A stretch of 63,813 bases of DNA, filler included, from Asterionella formosa (GCA_002256025.1; 2 parts of 2 records of this genome joined end to end with filler, not necessarily neighbours in it), one strand, 5' to 3'; counted from the first letter of the whole stretch, positions 23,643 through 36,027 are shown. Numbers and translations: made by a program. The notes: generated by a model not told the origin, from the sequence alone.

Positions 23643-25324
23643 TGTCACCTTTTTTGTTGCGTTTCGTATATTGTGACAGGCATAATTTTTATACTAAATA
23701 CTACTGGTGGTATTCATTTAGTAGCGTCCCGAATTCCACACACCAGTCTTGTATGTTCATGTGGTACCTGTACCTCCTATGATTTATAGCATAAGATTAG
23801 TTAGTACACATCAGACATACATTGATATGCTCGTGCTATTCTGTATATGGGCACGTGCCATTTGTGTATGGCAATCATTACAGCTTCAACAACTTATTTT
23901 GCCTGGTTTTCAAACTCATTGCCATGTTTTGTTCTTTATTTTTTCGTTGAAAAGGGAGCGCTTGGCAACTTCAAGTTCATCACATGCAGGGACCACATGT
24001 ATTGGGCTGCTGTCTCTAGCAACACCATCATTCAAGCTTGGCATAGCTTAGGTATCAAAAAGTGTCACCTGTTAAAGCCATACATGATCATACAACAATA
24101 AGGCCAGTTTTGAGTGATGTTGTCAAAATTTTCATGTTGACCAGAAAACCTTGCTATTATTGAAACAGATCATATAATGTGAGTTACAAAACGCAATCCA
24201 TAACCTCGTCTGACAATTGTTTGCTATCCAACATATCAAAAGTGATGGGAAAGTTAGCATAAATTCCATGGTATTCAAACTGGTTGTGTTTGAAGACCAT
24301 GGATCCAATTGTATCATCATCTGTGCCCATGTAGGTATTCAATAATTTTCCCAAACTGCTTTGTGGGGAAATTTCCTTGCATCCTGCTCACTCAGCACTG
24401 TTGGTGCATTCACAAGATGCAAAACATTTTGACGATGTTTCTACTCAAAGAATCCATTAAATTCTTGTAAGTTTTTGCCATGCTTCTTAAAAAAGACAAT
24501 ACCACTGGTCATCCATTTTCCTTGCTTGGGACAGAGTACCTTTCATTACAATTATTTAAAGGTGATGAAAAGCATACCACTGATTACATGAGCAGCGATA
24601 ATAATTGCTGTTGATGATCCCTTCTCCTAAAAATCATTCCTGTTGTTGCCATGTACAGATAAAAATGTTGTCTTGCTTTGTTGATAAACTTAATCACATG
24701 ATAATGATTAAATTTATAAGAATAGTTTTGCATTGCACTGTATATGCAGCGATATAAACAGATACACAATTCGGAGCAACAAGAAAGTGTGTGTTTGAGA
24801 TACAAAAATTGGACCGAGCAACATATTTTTCCATTTTATATCCTTGTTAAGATCGGCCCTTAATAAAAATTACAAATATCTCCATGGTGTAAACTATGAA
24901 TCATCCTACTAGCATTGACCAAACAATCATAATTTTTTGATAACAATAACATAGACAATTAAAATTGAAATTGCTGATGGCGCATTTTAATGTATCACAA
25001 TACAAAACAAGTACTATATTATGAAAGGATTTAACACTTCAACATTTTCTACACAATAGCTAGGACAACAACTAAAAAATAAAATGATTAAATCAAGGAA
25101 AAGATGTGAAAAATTCAATTCATCAACTGAGAATTGCTTGCTTGTTTAGATGCTGCAAAGAATGGAAGTATTCGCTGTGATATGGGAATGATGTATGTGT
25201 GATGATGACATTTCAAAATATTTCACCAGTATGCTAATACTTTTTTCATGAGTACTGATAGTCCACAGTCGATTCGTATATAACACGATGCATACTGTGC
25301 ATATAGGCAGCATACAATAGTCTA

Positions 25325-25547
25325 GGGGAATAGCTTAGTTGGTTAGCTCACCTTCCGAGGTGGCGAGTTCGATTCCCGCATTCTCCACCTGCTTTGTTTA
25401 TGTGGCCCATTGGGTTCCAGGTGATGAGGCAGACAACAAGCAGATCTAAGGCCCTCTCGGGGGCCAAGTGCGACTTCACAAGCAATCTCCACAATTGTCG
25501 AGTTCTTAAACAATAACATACTATAAAATTTGCTTAATAATTCTTTA
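25325..25547 (+). mobile_element. tRNA-derived SINE with 16-bp target-site duplication
   Basis: Head GGGGAAT...ATTCTCCA acceptor stem, A-box TAGCTTAGTTGG, B-box GTTCGATTC; AGCATACAATAGTCTA at 25309-25324 and 25548-25563. Confidence 0.85.
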
Positions 25548-25954
25548 AGCATACAATAGTCTATTAGTTATATCTGGATTTTGGTATGATGATGCTTGCA
25601 GTTGTGTATTTCAAATCCCAACCAACCACTTTGAAATCATTAATCAAGATAGATTGCTTTCATCGTCACTTTGGCTGGAAAGAGAGAAGATTTTGAATTT
25701 GGAGAGAAGAAAGAGAAGTAACCAAGACTTGTTTACATTTGCTTACTTGTCACTGTCATTTACTTTTTTAAACATTTTTGCCCATGATTTCAGGCTTGGA
25801 ACAATTAAATTCTTATGAAGCCTTTATCACTCAATCGTGTTATAGACTATTGCATAGAGTTAATTGATGACATCCTCTAATATTTATGATGAACTTAGGC
25901 AACTGTCCAGCCTCACGTACTCGATGACAGCAAAATGACAGCAACTTGCAGGAA

Positions 25955-26165
25955 ACTACTTCGACTTGCCTAAGTATTATTTGGCTTTGCAGCTGTTTCG
26001 CAGGAGCCACATGGCTTTCAAGGCTGTGCATTTGTCGGCACTCAGATTTATCTCATTGCAGGGTACTACTTCTACTTGCCTAAGTATTATTTGGGTTTGC
26101 AGCTGTTTTCCAGGAGTATGGCTTTCAAGGTTGTGCACTTGTCTGCACTCAGATTTAACTCATTC
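25955..26165. repeat. Diverged ~110-bp tandem duplication
   Basis: ACTACTTCxACTTGCCTAAGTATTATTTGG starts at 25955 and 26065. Confidence 0.85.
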
Positions 26166-26332
26166 CTCCTCTGTTTTGCCAGGTTAATCTGGTTGTTTGA
26201 CATCTTTGACTGAGATGGCATGAGATATGAAATACACCAACTGAATGGCACACACGCACAATTAAGAGTACAAAGTTCACAACCTAATAAATCTATAACT
26301 TGTGTCACCGAAAATGAAACTGCTGTCATACT

Positions 26333-27535
26333 TTAATTTACTCCCGTGACTACTTTAGCAGCTCCTTGCCTTGTGCTTGCCCTGGGACGATGTTGACTGT
26401 TATTGTTGGCGACAACCTTAGTAAGTACAAGATCAAGTCCGATGTTCTTGGCTGCTCGTTGGGCTGTTTGTTTTGCCTTCAATTCAAGAATTCTACTTCG
26501 TCGGATCGCCCTCCTCTTGTATACTACATTGCTGCCTTCGAGATGACTCATCTTGATACCAGGAAAGCAAACCATTACAAGGGTCATATTGTCTCGACTA
26601 TTTTTCTCTAAACACATGTCAAGAATTTCCTCACACACCAAGCCAATATTCGTTTCTCCTTCATCGAAAATTCGCTGCACCATGCCACCGCACAGCTCGT
26701 TCGTGGCCACATCCCAAATTCCGTCACAGGCCAATATAATGAATTGATCATTTACCTCATCTCTTGGATACACAATGACATCTGGATTGCAAATCACCTT
26801 TTGCTTTCTTGCTACGATATCTTCCTCTGCCTTGAAGCTAAAGTCTCCAAGACCTCGACTTACAGCCAAGTCGCCATCCACCCGCTTCATTTTGACGAAT
26901 CCACCAGCAGCAACAATGCGTTCAGTTTCGGGTACGTTGCTGGGTTTGTGATCAAAACTTAGGGGCAAGATCCTATCTCCTCGTTTCAAAATAGCGCGGG
27001 AGTCACCTGCGTTGGCACATAATATATGAGTTGGAGTCACCATAACGACGATAATGGTCGATCCCGATCGTTCGGTTTTGGTTCTACCATCTTCTGCTTC
27101 TTTCTGTTCTTTCTGTAATTCTTCATTTCGCATCGCATGGATACGACGTAGCTCGACATCCATGTCTTCAAACGTTCCTTTCAGGGCCTCTCGTAACAGC
27201 TCTATGCCAGTGACATCGCATCGTCCTTTGCTTCCGTCCTTGGCGAGAACAACATACTTGTTCATTTCCTGTCGCATCGCGAGCAACTTAACAAATGTCG
27301 CTCCGGCGAATGCAGATGTTAAGGTTCCACCATGGCCATCATAGACAGCAAAGAGGGAGTGATCGTCTAGTTGTTTCTGTTGACTTGTGACGGGAATGGA
27401 TGTGCACACCGTGTGGCAATCTTCCATAGAGACCCTCCATCCCTTCATCGACGACGCAGCGAAACGAAGATCCTGTGTATTGCCTTGCTCTGTAACCTTT
27501 TCGGTCACATGGTCCAAGTCCATTACATTGCCCAT
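26333..27535 (-). CDS. Protein phosphatase 2C (PPM1A/PTC2-like)
   Basis: SMKGWRVSMED, VYDGHGG, SGST, ANAGDSR, DHKP, LAVSRGLGD, ACDGIWD, SRDN; MGN start (myristoylation-type). Confidence 0.95.
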   Translation of the reverse strand: MGNVMDLDHVTEKVTEQGNTQDLRFAASSMKGWRVSMEDCHTVCTSIPVTSQQKQLDDHSLFAVYDGHGGTLTSAFAGATFVKLLAMRQEMNKYVVLAKDGSKGRCDVTGIELLREALKGTFEDMDVELRRIHAMRNEELQKEQKEAEDGRTKTERSGSTIIVVMVTPTHILCANAGDSRAILKRGDRILPLSFDHKPSNVPETERIVAAGGFVKMKRVDGDLAVSRGLGDFSFKAEEDIVARKQKVICNPDVIVYPRDEVNDQFIILACDGIWDVATNELCGGMVQRIFDEGETNIGLVCEEILDMCLEKNSRDNMTLVMVCFPGIKMSHLEGSNVVYKRRAIRRSRILELKAKQTAQRAAKNIGLDLVLTKVVANNNSQHRPRASTRQGAAKVVTGVN

Positions 27536-28447
27536 GATATTGTTGTGTATACCCCACAATAATTGCCCCTATCATATAGATATCTGTCCTAAAATATATT
27601 CTTTGCTACATGTTCCGCTTAATGTTGGGATCTTGCTGGATTTGTGACTACCTATATAGTACGATGGATTCTCCTGAAGATTTGGCGATCGCCATTATTA
27701 CATAAAGCAAAATGCCGAATATACATATATATCTTTTCCCACATACATAGAATAAGTTTAGCTGTTTATTATATACGTGTATGAATAAATTCAATGGTCG
27801 CTAAAGCAAGTACGGTAGTGATACTTTCGGTCCTTCTGAGGTCCGCAAGTAGGAAACGAACGGGAGGCATTCGCGGGAGACTTGTGTTATGCTGATGAAT
27901 GGGCCTTTTGTAACGGTAGAGAGTGTGTCGAGATATCATTATTTATGTAATGCGAAATATAAATACTCTAGCATACCGGTATGCCGGTAAATGATAGGGT
28001 TAGGGAATACAGCCACATCAAGTGTTCATCGTTGTGCAGCAAAACGAAGAATTCCATATAGCCGACAATTACGTACGTATTTTTTCCGAAAGTCTTTTTC
28101 GATCGCGCCAGATCATTGATTCACAATCCCTGCTGGATGAAGAAAGGATTGCACACTTTTGAATAGACGTCACTAAATACTGACGACTGCTCTAGATATT
28201 CATGTCTTCTCACAATTTCGCAGCATCTATTAATTGCGAACATGCATGCCATGCGTCACATCATGACATTGGCAATATAGCATTTTGAAGTGGAAAAATG
28301 TCGGTATAAAGGGAAATGAGCTTGTTGGGAACAAAAACAATTGTTTCCTTAAAGATAGCTGAGTATGACATCCGAGCCAAATCCCTCTAAACGTGAATGC
28401 CGTGGCCACATATCAATCCGAATTTCCTTCACCTACGATGCCAGCCA

Positions 28448-29251
28448 TTATGGTTCCAACGAAGTTGTAGTGGCAGTCAGCAATACATACTCCCTGGTGG
28501 ATGCTCCGAATTTCAATACATCTCCTTTTTTCAATTGATAATATCGTGCAGCATCTATTTGTACACCATTGATAAAAGTTCCATTCGTAGATTCCAAATC
28601 CATTAAATATGGTTGACACTGCAATTTCCCAGTCTCCTTATTGGGCAACGCTCGATATTGTAACACCGCGTGTTGACTTGAACAACTTACATGCAACAGG
28701 GCAACGTCGGCAATCTCAGCATTTCGACCAAACAAATATGCTGATTGTTTTGAAACATGAAGGGTTTCAATTTGTTCGTCTCCTTTAAAGACATATAATC
28801 TCCACAGAGTATTCGGAGCTCTAGCTTCCGGTGGTTCACTGAATTTCAGGACAACTCCCTTGTATGTATTCCCCTTGAGTTCATCCTTTGCCAAGGCCCC
28901 AGAAAGACCAAAATTTGGTTTTTCTGTCGGTGCCACAGCAGTTGTTGTATTGCCGCTGGTGCTGTCGTCTTGGAGTGTCCCTCCTCGATCACCTGGCCTG
29001 GCATAGTAATTATCCTCTGCTACCTGAATACTCTTATTTTTATTGCTGGCCATGGGCTTTCGCTGAGATCTCCGATCATCATCTTGTCGTCCCCGCTTTT
29101 TCAGCTCCTTTTCACGCTCTCTAGATTCTGCAGATTGCAACAAAGCGCAGAGAGCGTCTTGATCAGAGACAGCAGTGAGGGAAGGCGCTGGTGTTGGTGC
29201 GCCGCCCCATCGGCTTCTCTTGCGATTGTTCTGATCCTTTCCATTACTCAT
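28448..29251 (-). CDS. SNIP1: FHA-domain protein SNIP1/Pml1/DAWDLE (RES splicing complex)
   Basis: EKPNFGLSGALA, LKFSEPPEAR.P, WRLYVFK, YLFGR, SCSSQHAVLQYR, PYLMDLESTNGT, FGASTREYVLL. Confidence 0.93.
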   Translation of the reverse strand: MSNGKDQNNRKRSRWGGAPTPAPSLTAVSDQDALCALLQSAESREREKELKKRGRQDDDRRSQRKPMASNKNKSIQVAEDNYYARPGDRGGTLQDDSTSGNTTTAVAPTEKPNFGLSGALAKDELKGNTYKGVVLKFSEPPEARAPNTLWRLYVFKGDEQIETLHVSKQSAYLFGRNAEIADVALLHVSCSSQHAVLQYRALPNKETGKLQCQPYLMDLESTNGTFINGVQIDAARYYQLKKGDVLKFGASTREYVLLTATTTSLEP

Positions 29252-29493
29252 GGCTTGGTACGTTCGTAATATGTCTTAGTATGCAAAGGAGGATCAGCCA
29301 CAATGATGATGGAAGGGATGTCGAATTAAGTGCTGCGGCATCGCTACCTTCTAATTCGTGAGAGCTTGCTTACAAAGTGGTTTCATCACAGCGCGCATCA
29401 TGATTGATTTTTGTGTGGCTGCCCGAGGGAAGAAGTACCGGTACATACGCTGCAGTACAAGGAGCACTTGCTTCCCATGTCAAAGTCGAACAT

Positions 29494-29932
29494 TGCTGAA
29501 GGCAATACACGCCCGAGGTGGTCTCTTGCCTGCGAGTATACATGTGTTCGAGGCTGGGTGGCGCGAGTAGGGTTAGGGTTAGGGTTAGGGTAGAAGGTCA
29601 CCGTACGAGTGCCATCCCAGTCGAGTACACATGTATACGAGAAGGCAAGTAGCCGCCGAGAAGGGTATTGTTGAGGCAATTCCCGCTCTAGCTATCGTCG
29701 CGTCATTCGCTTACCTACTGCCCACAAATTTAGCATAAATGTCAATTTTAGCCTACTATTGCCCATCATATAAAATATATTTTGGATATTTCCTATCTTC
29801 ACCTCGAAAATTGCCAAAGGTCCGATATTGCCCATCATTAAAATATATTTTGTATATTTCATATGTTCGCATTTTGGCAAGACAACAGACACCAATTGCC
29901 CCTCGGTTTTCGGGCGTGTATTGCCTTCAGCA
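29494..29932. mobile_element. 439-bp non-autonomous element with 23-bp perfect terminal inverted repeats and internal telomeric hairpin
   Basis: TGCTGAAGGCAATACACGCCCGA at 29494-29516 and its reverse complement at 29910-29932; internal direct repeat ATTGCCCATCAT(A)TAAAATATATTTTG; no clear TSD. Confidence 0.75.
29568..29592 (+). repeat. Interstitial telomeric tract TAGGG(TTAGGG)3, four G-runs
   Basis: GGG at 29570, 29576, 29582, 29588. Confidence 0.95.
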
Positions 29933-31002
29933 GCCCCTCCTGAAAATAACCTTTCCATTCCCTTGCTACTACATGAGCATGATGTACTAGCCAGCAGTTC
30001 TGTTGTTTCCTGGGTTGTAGTACCAGATGTCATTACAGATATCTTCTTTCTTTTCCATGCATTCTCCATCATGTCACATAAAATTTCTCCCCATGGTATC
30101 TTGAATGCTGCCTACTACTACAGGATAGCTATTCATGAATTAAGAGGGTGTGTTAGTTGAATTGGAAGAAAGTACGAATGAAGAGGCACCACAATCAACC
30201 TACTCCCAGCAGGTATATGATTTCTTGATGCGAGTTCATCTCTCCATCCATCAAGGCGCTATCATCCAAACGAATATTTCTATATACCATTATTGGAAAC
30301 TTGCTAATCCTCTTTGTGGATACATCGTGGATACTGATCCCTCCTCTCAGGTGGGTCAGATCTTTTCGTGAAACTTGTTTAGAGTGGTGACTCCTTTGTG
30401 GTGGTACTACTTATTTTTCTTACTCAGGAGGTGCTGAAGAAGCAAATATTGAGAACGGCTCCTTGGTGGTCAAATTTGGTTTCTCAGGTGTACCAACAGC
30501 ATTCAACAGCAGAACTTCAGGACGATCTTGTGTGTCGGAAAAAAGTCCTGACCATGAAATATACTATATTGTGATTGGTGGTCTTGGATTCCCATCAGCT
30601 GCTTCAAGGTTGTTGCGTGCCTGACAATGTAGTCTCCTCACGCCATCAGCTTGTGATTCTACTAGTTTGCGACCGCACTTGGCTGTTCAAAGTGCAATAA
30701 AGGTTATCACATTCATTACGAGAATTTATTCCATTCCGATTAGCGTATTCATTAGGCAAAGTTGAGCAGTAGCCTTTTGTCGGCACTGCTCTAAATTGGG
30801 TTCCGTTTTCAGCCTCCGCCATGGTCGCTGGCTCACTCATTGTGTTTGATTTTCGACATGCATTTCTTTATGATGAAAACCATTGGCTGTTTAAGATAAA
30901 TAAATATATTATCATGGATTTACTTAACATAGGAATTAACTAGCTAAATAATGACCAATTCTCCAACAATCGTGACATGTGCAAAATGTGGTTACTTTTG
31001 TC

Positions 31003-31103
31003 AAAAGTATGAAACTCGTGGTAAGCATTTTCAGGGACGATCACTCTTGCAGTTACAGGAACAAAGAGGCAAAAGAAACACTTACCACGAATTCTATGCT
31101 TTT
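31003..31103. repeat. Imperfect ~29-bp inverted repeat, probably core of a decayed MITE
   Basis: AAAAGTATGAAACTCGTGGTAAGCATTTTC vs GAAACACTTACCACGAATTCTATGCTTTT. Confidence 0.65.
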
Positions 31104-31872
31104 AAAGAGTTATAATTTTGACTAAATTCCTGTATTCTCAATGGAATCAAAATCGAGATTGAAATAGAGAATTAGCATACGAATTTTTTGAAAAGTGTAA
31201 AACATGTTGTAAGTGCCCCAGTACTAACTTGTTCGAGTTTACAAGGGAAGTGCTCCAGGTGAGTGCATGTAATGGTACTGATAGTCCCCATATCCATTCG
31301 TATATACCTCTGGTGGACCATAGTGGCATTGTGGTATATCTATTGATGAACTCAGCAATCAACAGAAGTGTTGAAGTGGAAAACAGTGAACAAATGTAAT
31401 TTATAAGCACGTTTGTGTGTTTTGTCCCATGTGCAGAGTATGTACTCGTATACTACCAGTAAAGAACTGCTGTGACCCACTGAGTTCTCCTATTCGTTTG
31501 ATTAGTTTGACTAAATCTATTCCATGCCTTGCGAGAATCAAACTTCCAGGTCTTGTTAACCAAAGGAGTCAGCAGGTTGCGGATCAGTCGGTATTCTCAT
31601 TGAAGGTCGAGGTACTGAGAAACAAACCATTTTATGTGGACAAAATTTGCCGGTAATGCATCTAAGCCACGTATTACGTGAAGTGACCATCACATAAATA
31701 AGCCTGGTGGTTGATTTTGAATGCATCACGTGAATTAGTTGAATACATCAAAATACGTAGTTGAATATATCTATATATTATCTGAATACATCACGTTAAA
31801 TATTTGATCAAAGTATCATGCATGCATTCCTGATCATCACTATATTATGTGATCACCTTCACATAATTATTT

Positions 31873-31972
31873 NNNNNNNNNNNNNNNNNNNNNNNNNNNN
31901 NNNNNNNNNNNNNNNNTTAATTAATTAANNNNNNNNNNNNNNNNNNNNNNNNNNNNNNNNNNNNNNNNNNNN
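31873..31972. other. Artificial scaffold gap linker (44 N + TTAATTAATTAA + 44 N)
   Basis: Exactly 100 bp, symmetric, stops in all six frames. Confidence 0.97.
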
Positions 31973-34912
31973 GAATGTTTACTTGGAAGTTGAAATTGAG
32001 GAGGAAGGGGCATTTCCATTGCATTTTCAGGGAGAAAGCCGGTGTGATCTTGGAAATCTGAATATTGCATGATCTCTGAATTCAATCCTTGGAGAGTTTT
32101 TAGTCTCAATTGTTTGTCTTGTTGTGACTGAATATTGTTATAAACTTAATCGTCGCTGTCGTCATGAAATGGATGATTGTGGCCACTTGATTCAAGGAAA
32201 GGACACATAATCTCTTCTTGTTGTCTTCTCTCCCTAAACGCTGCAGCAGTTACACTGCCATTAACTTCTTTCCTTGATTGATTCGATGCGCGCACTACCG
32301 CAATACATAGTTTCATTATGTATTCCAGGAACTCGATGTTCTTGCATGCAATGTCGACAGTGACCATACGCATAGAATACACGGTTGCTACAATTTCGAT
32401 TGTGAGACTCAGATGGGGATTTGTTCTTCCGAAATTTGTAGTTACACAGATAGCACCATTGCCATGTCCGCAAAGACATTGCAAATTTCAAATGATGACA
32501 AAGTCAGGATATGAAAAGGATAGAGTGAAAATGAATTATCAATAATAAATTTAGCATCACTCCGATCATGCTGTGCTGGACAATACAGAGTCGTGAAATT
32601 ATCACTCCACCATAGTAGTAAAAATGGAGGTATACCGCTACATACAGTACAGGCGTCACTAATAGTAGTATAGAGCAACATCAATGTTTTCCTAACATCT
32701 ATGATATGGTTAGTGCATTGTAGAAGTCTCACACTAACTATATTTATTATGTAACTAGTACTAAGCATGCATTGGATTTTATTAGATCCATTCAAAATCA
32801 ACGTCGTCATCAATGTCCCGTTGATTAATGTGTTCATTGTAATCGATATTCTTCTCAGGAACATTTGGTTGAAGTGGTTCAACATATTGATGCATATCCT
32901 CTTCACTTACATTGGGAAATGAGAAGTATGAGTGTGGGTAGATGATATTTGTGGTGGGAGTAGCAATTCCACTAGGATTCCTTCCATATTCAGATCGATT
33001 ATTTTGTGAAAGTCCAGTATAGATTTCCTAATTACAATCAAATAATCTCATTGTGTGATGATAATGTTCTTATTATCATTATACTTCAAGGTCGGTAAAA
33101 TATTAATATTAATCATCATAGTTATAGGATACCTTGATCATAATTTTGATCCAAAAATTATCATGTATACGAAAATCCTGTGCCACTTAGCGTACGATAC
33201 CCTTGATCCTATATGCATGATACTTTTTATTGGCAGAGGTAATTTGGTGTTAGCTGACAGATTATGTAAACAATCAAAAATTCTACTTGAGTCAAGCTTT
33301 GTTTGACAAAGTACTGTCAGAACAAAGAATTATAATTCACATGCAAAGAGAAATAAATTCAATTTGGATACAGTGAGCTTTCAATCAAAAACAAACAGTT
33401 GGGTCAGGTTTGTTTCAACTCTTTCTAAAGGTGCATACATACTGTTTGTTGTACAGGATAATCTATCATTATTTTTATGAAAATTAGAGATGATTCATAT
33501 GGAAAGCAAAAATCGATTTGGGTATACTGAGAGTTGAACGAATTGGGTCTGCGTCGACTAGATTGAAAACCGCTTTGTTGTGTTGGATAATCAAGGGTCA
33601 TATCATGAAAGCTAAAGATTCAAATTGAGAGTGATACTCGGCTTGGGTCTGCTGAGAGTTCAGCTGAATGAAACAATCCAATTTTTGTCGAATTATTTAA
33701 ACTGTGAATATGTTGTGTTGAGCACAATTAAAGACTTGCCTGCAAATAGTGGAGAACGAATGGGCTATAATACATTCAATCCTTTAGATCCTTTAGTGTA
33801 ATTTCATTCCCTGTCATGACGAAGTTTATAAAAAAAGTCATGAATTTGAAACAGAGATATGGTGTTGGTCTACTGACAGTCAGTTCAAGTCGAGAAATAT
33901 GATTCAATTTGAGTTGCAGCCACTTGTTAAAACAAAAATCAACATAACTGGTATTGAGTTATTGAATCTATAATCATACAAAGGATATAAAAACATGTAG
34001 AGAGTGAAAATTTATTTTATTTTGCTGACAGATTCATTAAAATCAAATTCTAATTGAGTGGAATTTTGCCCTACTAAGAGGGAAGGTTGGAGAAGCTGTC
34101 AAACATAAAACATGTTTCTCCTGAGTATAGCCAATTTCTGTGGGTATGATGGAGGGAAGAGAAAGATCTGTGACAAAAGGATATAAAAAATTCTTTACTA
34201 CTTAACTTGCTTAGCTTGTGCATTTCAACCTGCATCAACTATTCAATGACTTCCTGCCAGGCTTACCAAGCGCACTAAGCCAAGAGGATCATGATTAATG
34301 TGGGCAGCCATCAAGTCTTGCAGCAATGAAATGATGGAACAATGATGCCATGGTGTGTAAGTAACTGTGTTGATCGTGATGCATGTATCAAAATTCTTTC
34401 GAACACACTCGCTTACCTACTTGCCCCTTATTGCCCCGAAATAAAAATTACTTAACAAATTACTTAGAGTTTAAAAATTACTTAGAAGTACCCGAGTGGC
34501 AAGACGATAGCTGGAGCGGGAATTGCTAAATAAATGTCGACTCCACGTGAAAGTTTGAAGCTCGTCATCATTTACAACCCCTATATACTGGCATATTCTT
34601 GTCATCAGGACTACGTCCATCAATCTCAAGACTGCACGCGATTATTGTTCCATAGATCATCGAGGAAGGCGCATCATCACCTTTTGCTTACCAAAACTTC
34701 TTGATCGCATTGTGTAATTAGAAAGATGATTTATGAAAGAGAAGGTTGAACCATGTGAGGTGAAACATTTGTTGTTCCAAGATGTTCGCGGAGGCCTTAG
34801 CAAGTCCTTTTTTGTGAAGACGACGAACGTTGCAAATAATCACAACGTCTCACAATTCCCACTTGAGTCGAGTTCGATAATCTGACTTCTTTCTGTCATT
34901 CATCATTTTAAC

Positions 34913-35746
34913 ATGGACGTTCACGAGGTCGACGGGAAGCCTGATGCCATTGTGGTGATTTTTGGCTGGCTCGGGTCGCAGCTTCGGCACCTCCACAAGT
35001 ACTCTCAGCTCTATCGTGACAGGAATTGTAGCACAGTCACTGGCGTGGCGGACTCATATGCTATTCTATTCGGAGATTTCAAAATCTTGGAGGACTTCTG
35101 CAGAGAGGCCACCAAGGCAACTGTCCACCTTTTGAAGAAGTACCCCGATGTGCCAGTTCTAGTACATGTCTTCTCGAATGGTGGCGCCTTTCCATTGCAG
35201 CGTCTTGAGTTAATGATGGAACAAGCTCGCCTCTCAGAACACCCATCACAATTAGACAAGGAACTTTGCTTGTTGCGACAAGCCATTCGACGAGGCGGTC
35301 AACTCTTCGATTCCTGTCCTGCTTATCCTGGACCAATGACGGCGAGCCGTGCGATCACCTCGTCGGTTTCCAATCAATACGTGGGAGCTGTGATTCAAGT
35401 AATTTATTTGGTATGGGTTTGGATGGATACGATTTTATTGTGGTTACAGGGAAAACCGTGCCGGGCAGAATCTTATTGGCATCACATTTTGGACATGCCT
35501 TTCGCCCCTACACAAGGCTACATATTTTCGGCGGGAGATCACATTACTGATGTGATCAAGTTGGAAGAATTGATTGAAGTAAGAAAGAGACAAGCATTGG
35601 ATGTCCTGATTTTGCGGTTTGAGGATTCAGGCCATGTACTTCACTTACGACACCATCCAACAGAGTATCGTGCTTTTATTGGCAACTTTTTGAAGAAAAT
35701 TCAACAGCACCAAGTTGACGCTACTGGTACATCTGAAGCTTATTGA
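34913..35746 (+). CDS. TMEM53/DUF829 family alpha/beta-hydrolase-fold protein
   Basis: VIFGWLGS...L.KYSQLY, HVFSNGG, FDSCP, YIFS.GD, FEDS.HV.HLR.HP.EY. Confidence 0.9.
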   Translation: MDVHEVDGKPDAIVVIFGWLGSQLRHLHKYSQLYRDRNCSTVTGVADSYAILFGDFKILEDFCREATKATVHLLKKYPDVPVLVHVFSNGGAFPLQRLELMMEQARLSEHPSQLDKELCLLRQAIRRGGQLFDSCPAYPGPMTASRAITSSVSNQYVGAVIQVIYLVWVWMDTILLWLQGKPCRAESYWHHILDMPFAPTQGYIFSAGDHITDVIKLEELIEVRKRQALDVLILRFEDSGHVLHLRHHPTEYRAFIGNFLKKIQQHQVDATGTSEAY

Positions 35747-36027
35747 AACACATGTCGATTTGATCGCAACATAGTTTTAAATGAGTGTAGATCGTTGTGG
35801 GGCAATTCCAACAGCAAAGAGTGTGGCGTATTCGTTGCAGCAAGTTAGTCATTATAAACTTGCTGTGAGCGTTTGATGGAAGGTCCTGCTGTTGGAAGGT
35901 AATGTTTAAGATCTTTTCGTAGCTTTCAACTGCGCTAATAAAACGTTTCTGGAATAACAGGTGCCACTACATGATGTTTTCAAAAGGACAAATAAAATAA
36001 CGATTAGATGTTCTACATACTTTGTTG

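Noticed and set aside
23900..24400. Possible Ulp1-like protease relic (LSDEVMD, RQQPNTCG on minus strand)
   Set aside because: Two weak motifs in broken frames; catalytic His not found.
25325..25387. Possible tRNA gene
   Set aside because: Only about 63 nt, no 7-nt anticodon loop, and it sits inside a TSD-bounded insert, so it is a SINE head.
27995..28005. TAGGGTTAGGG as a telomere remnant
   Set aside because: Only two units and no flanking hairpin; could be chance or a fragment.
31917..31928. TTAATTAATTAA palindrome between N runs
   Set aside because: Artificial six-frame-stop scaffold linker, not biology; adjacency across it is unproven.
30100..34300. Short Cys/His-containing ORFs and faint ~120-bp periodicity in AT-rich block
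   Set aside because: Too degraded to assign; likely old TE sequence, and interrupted by a gap.
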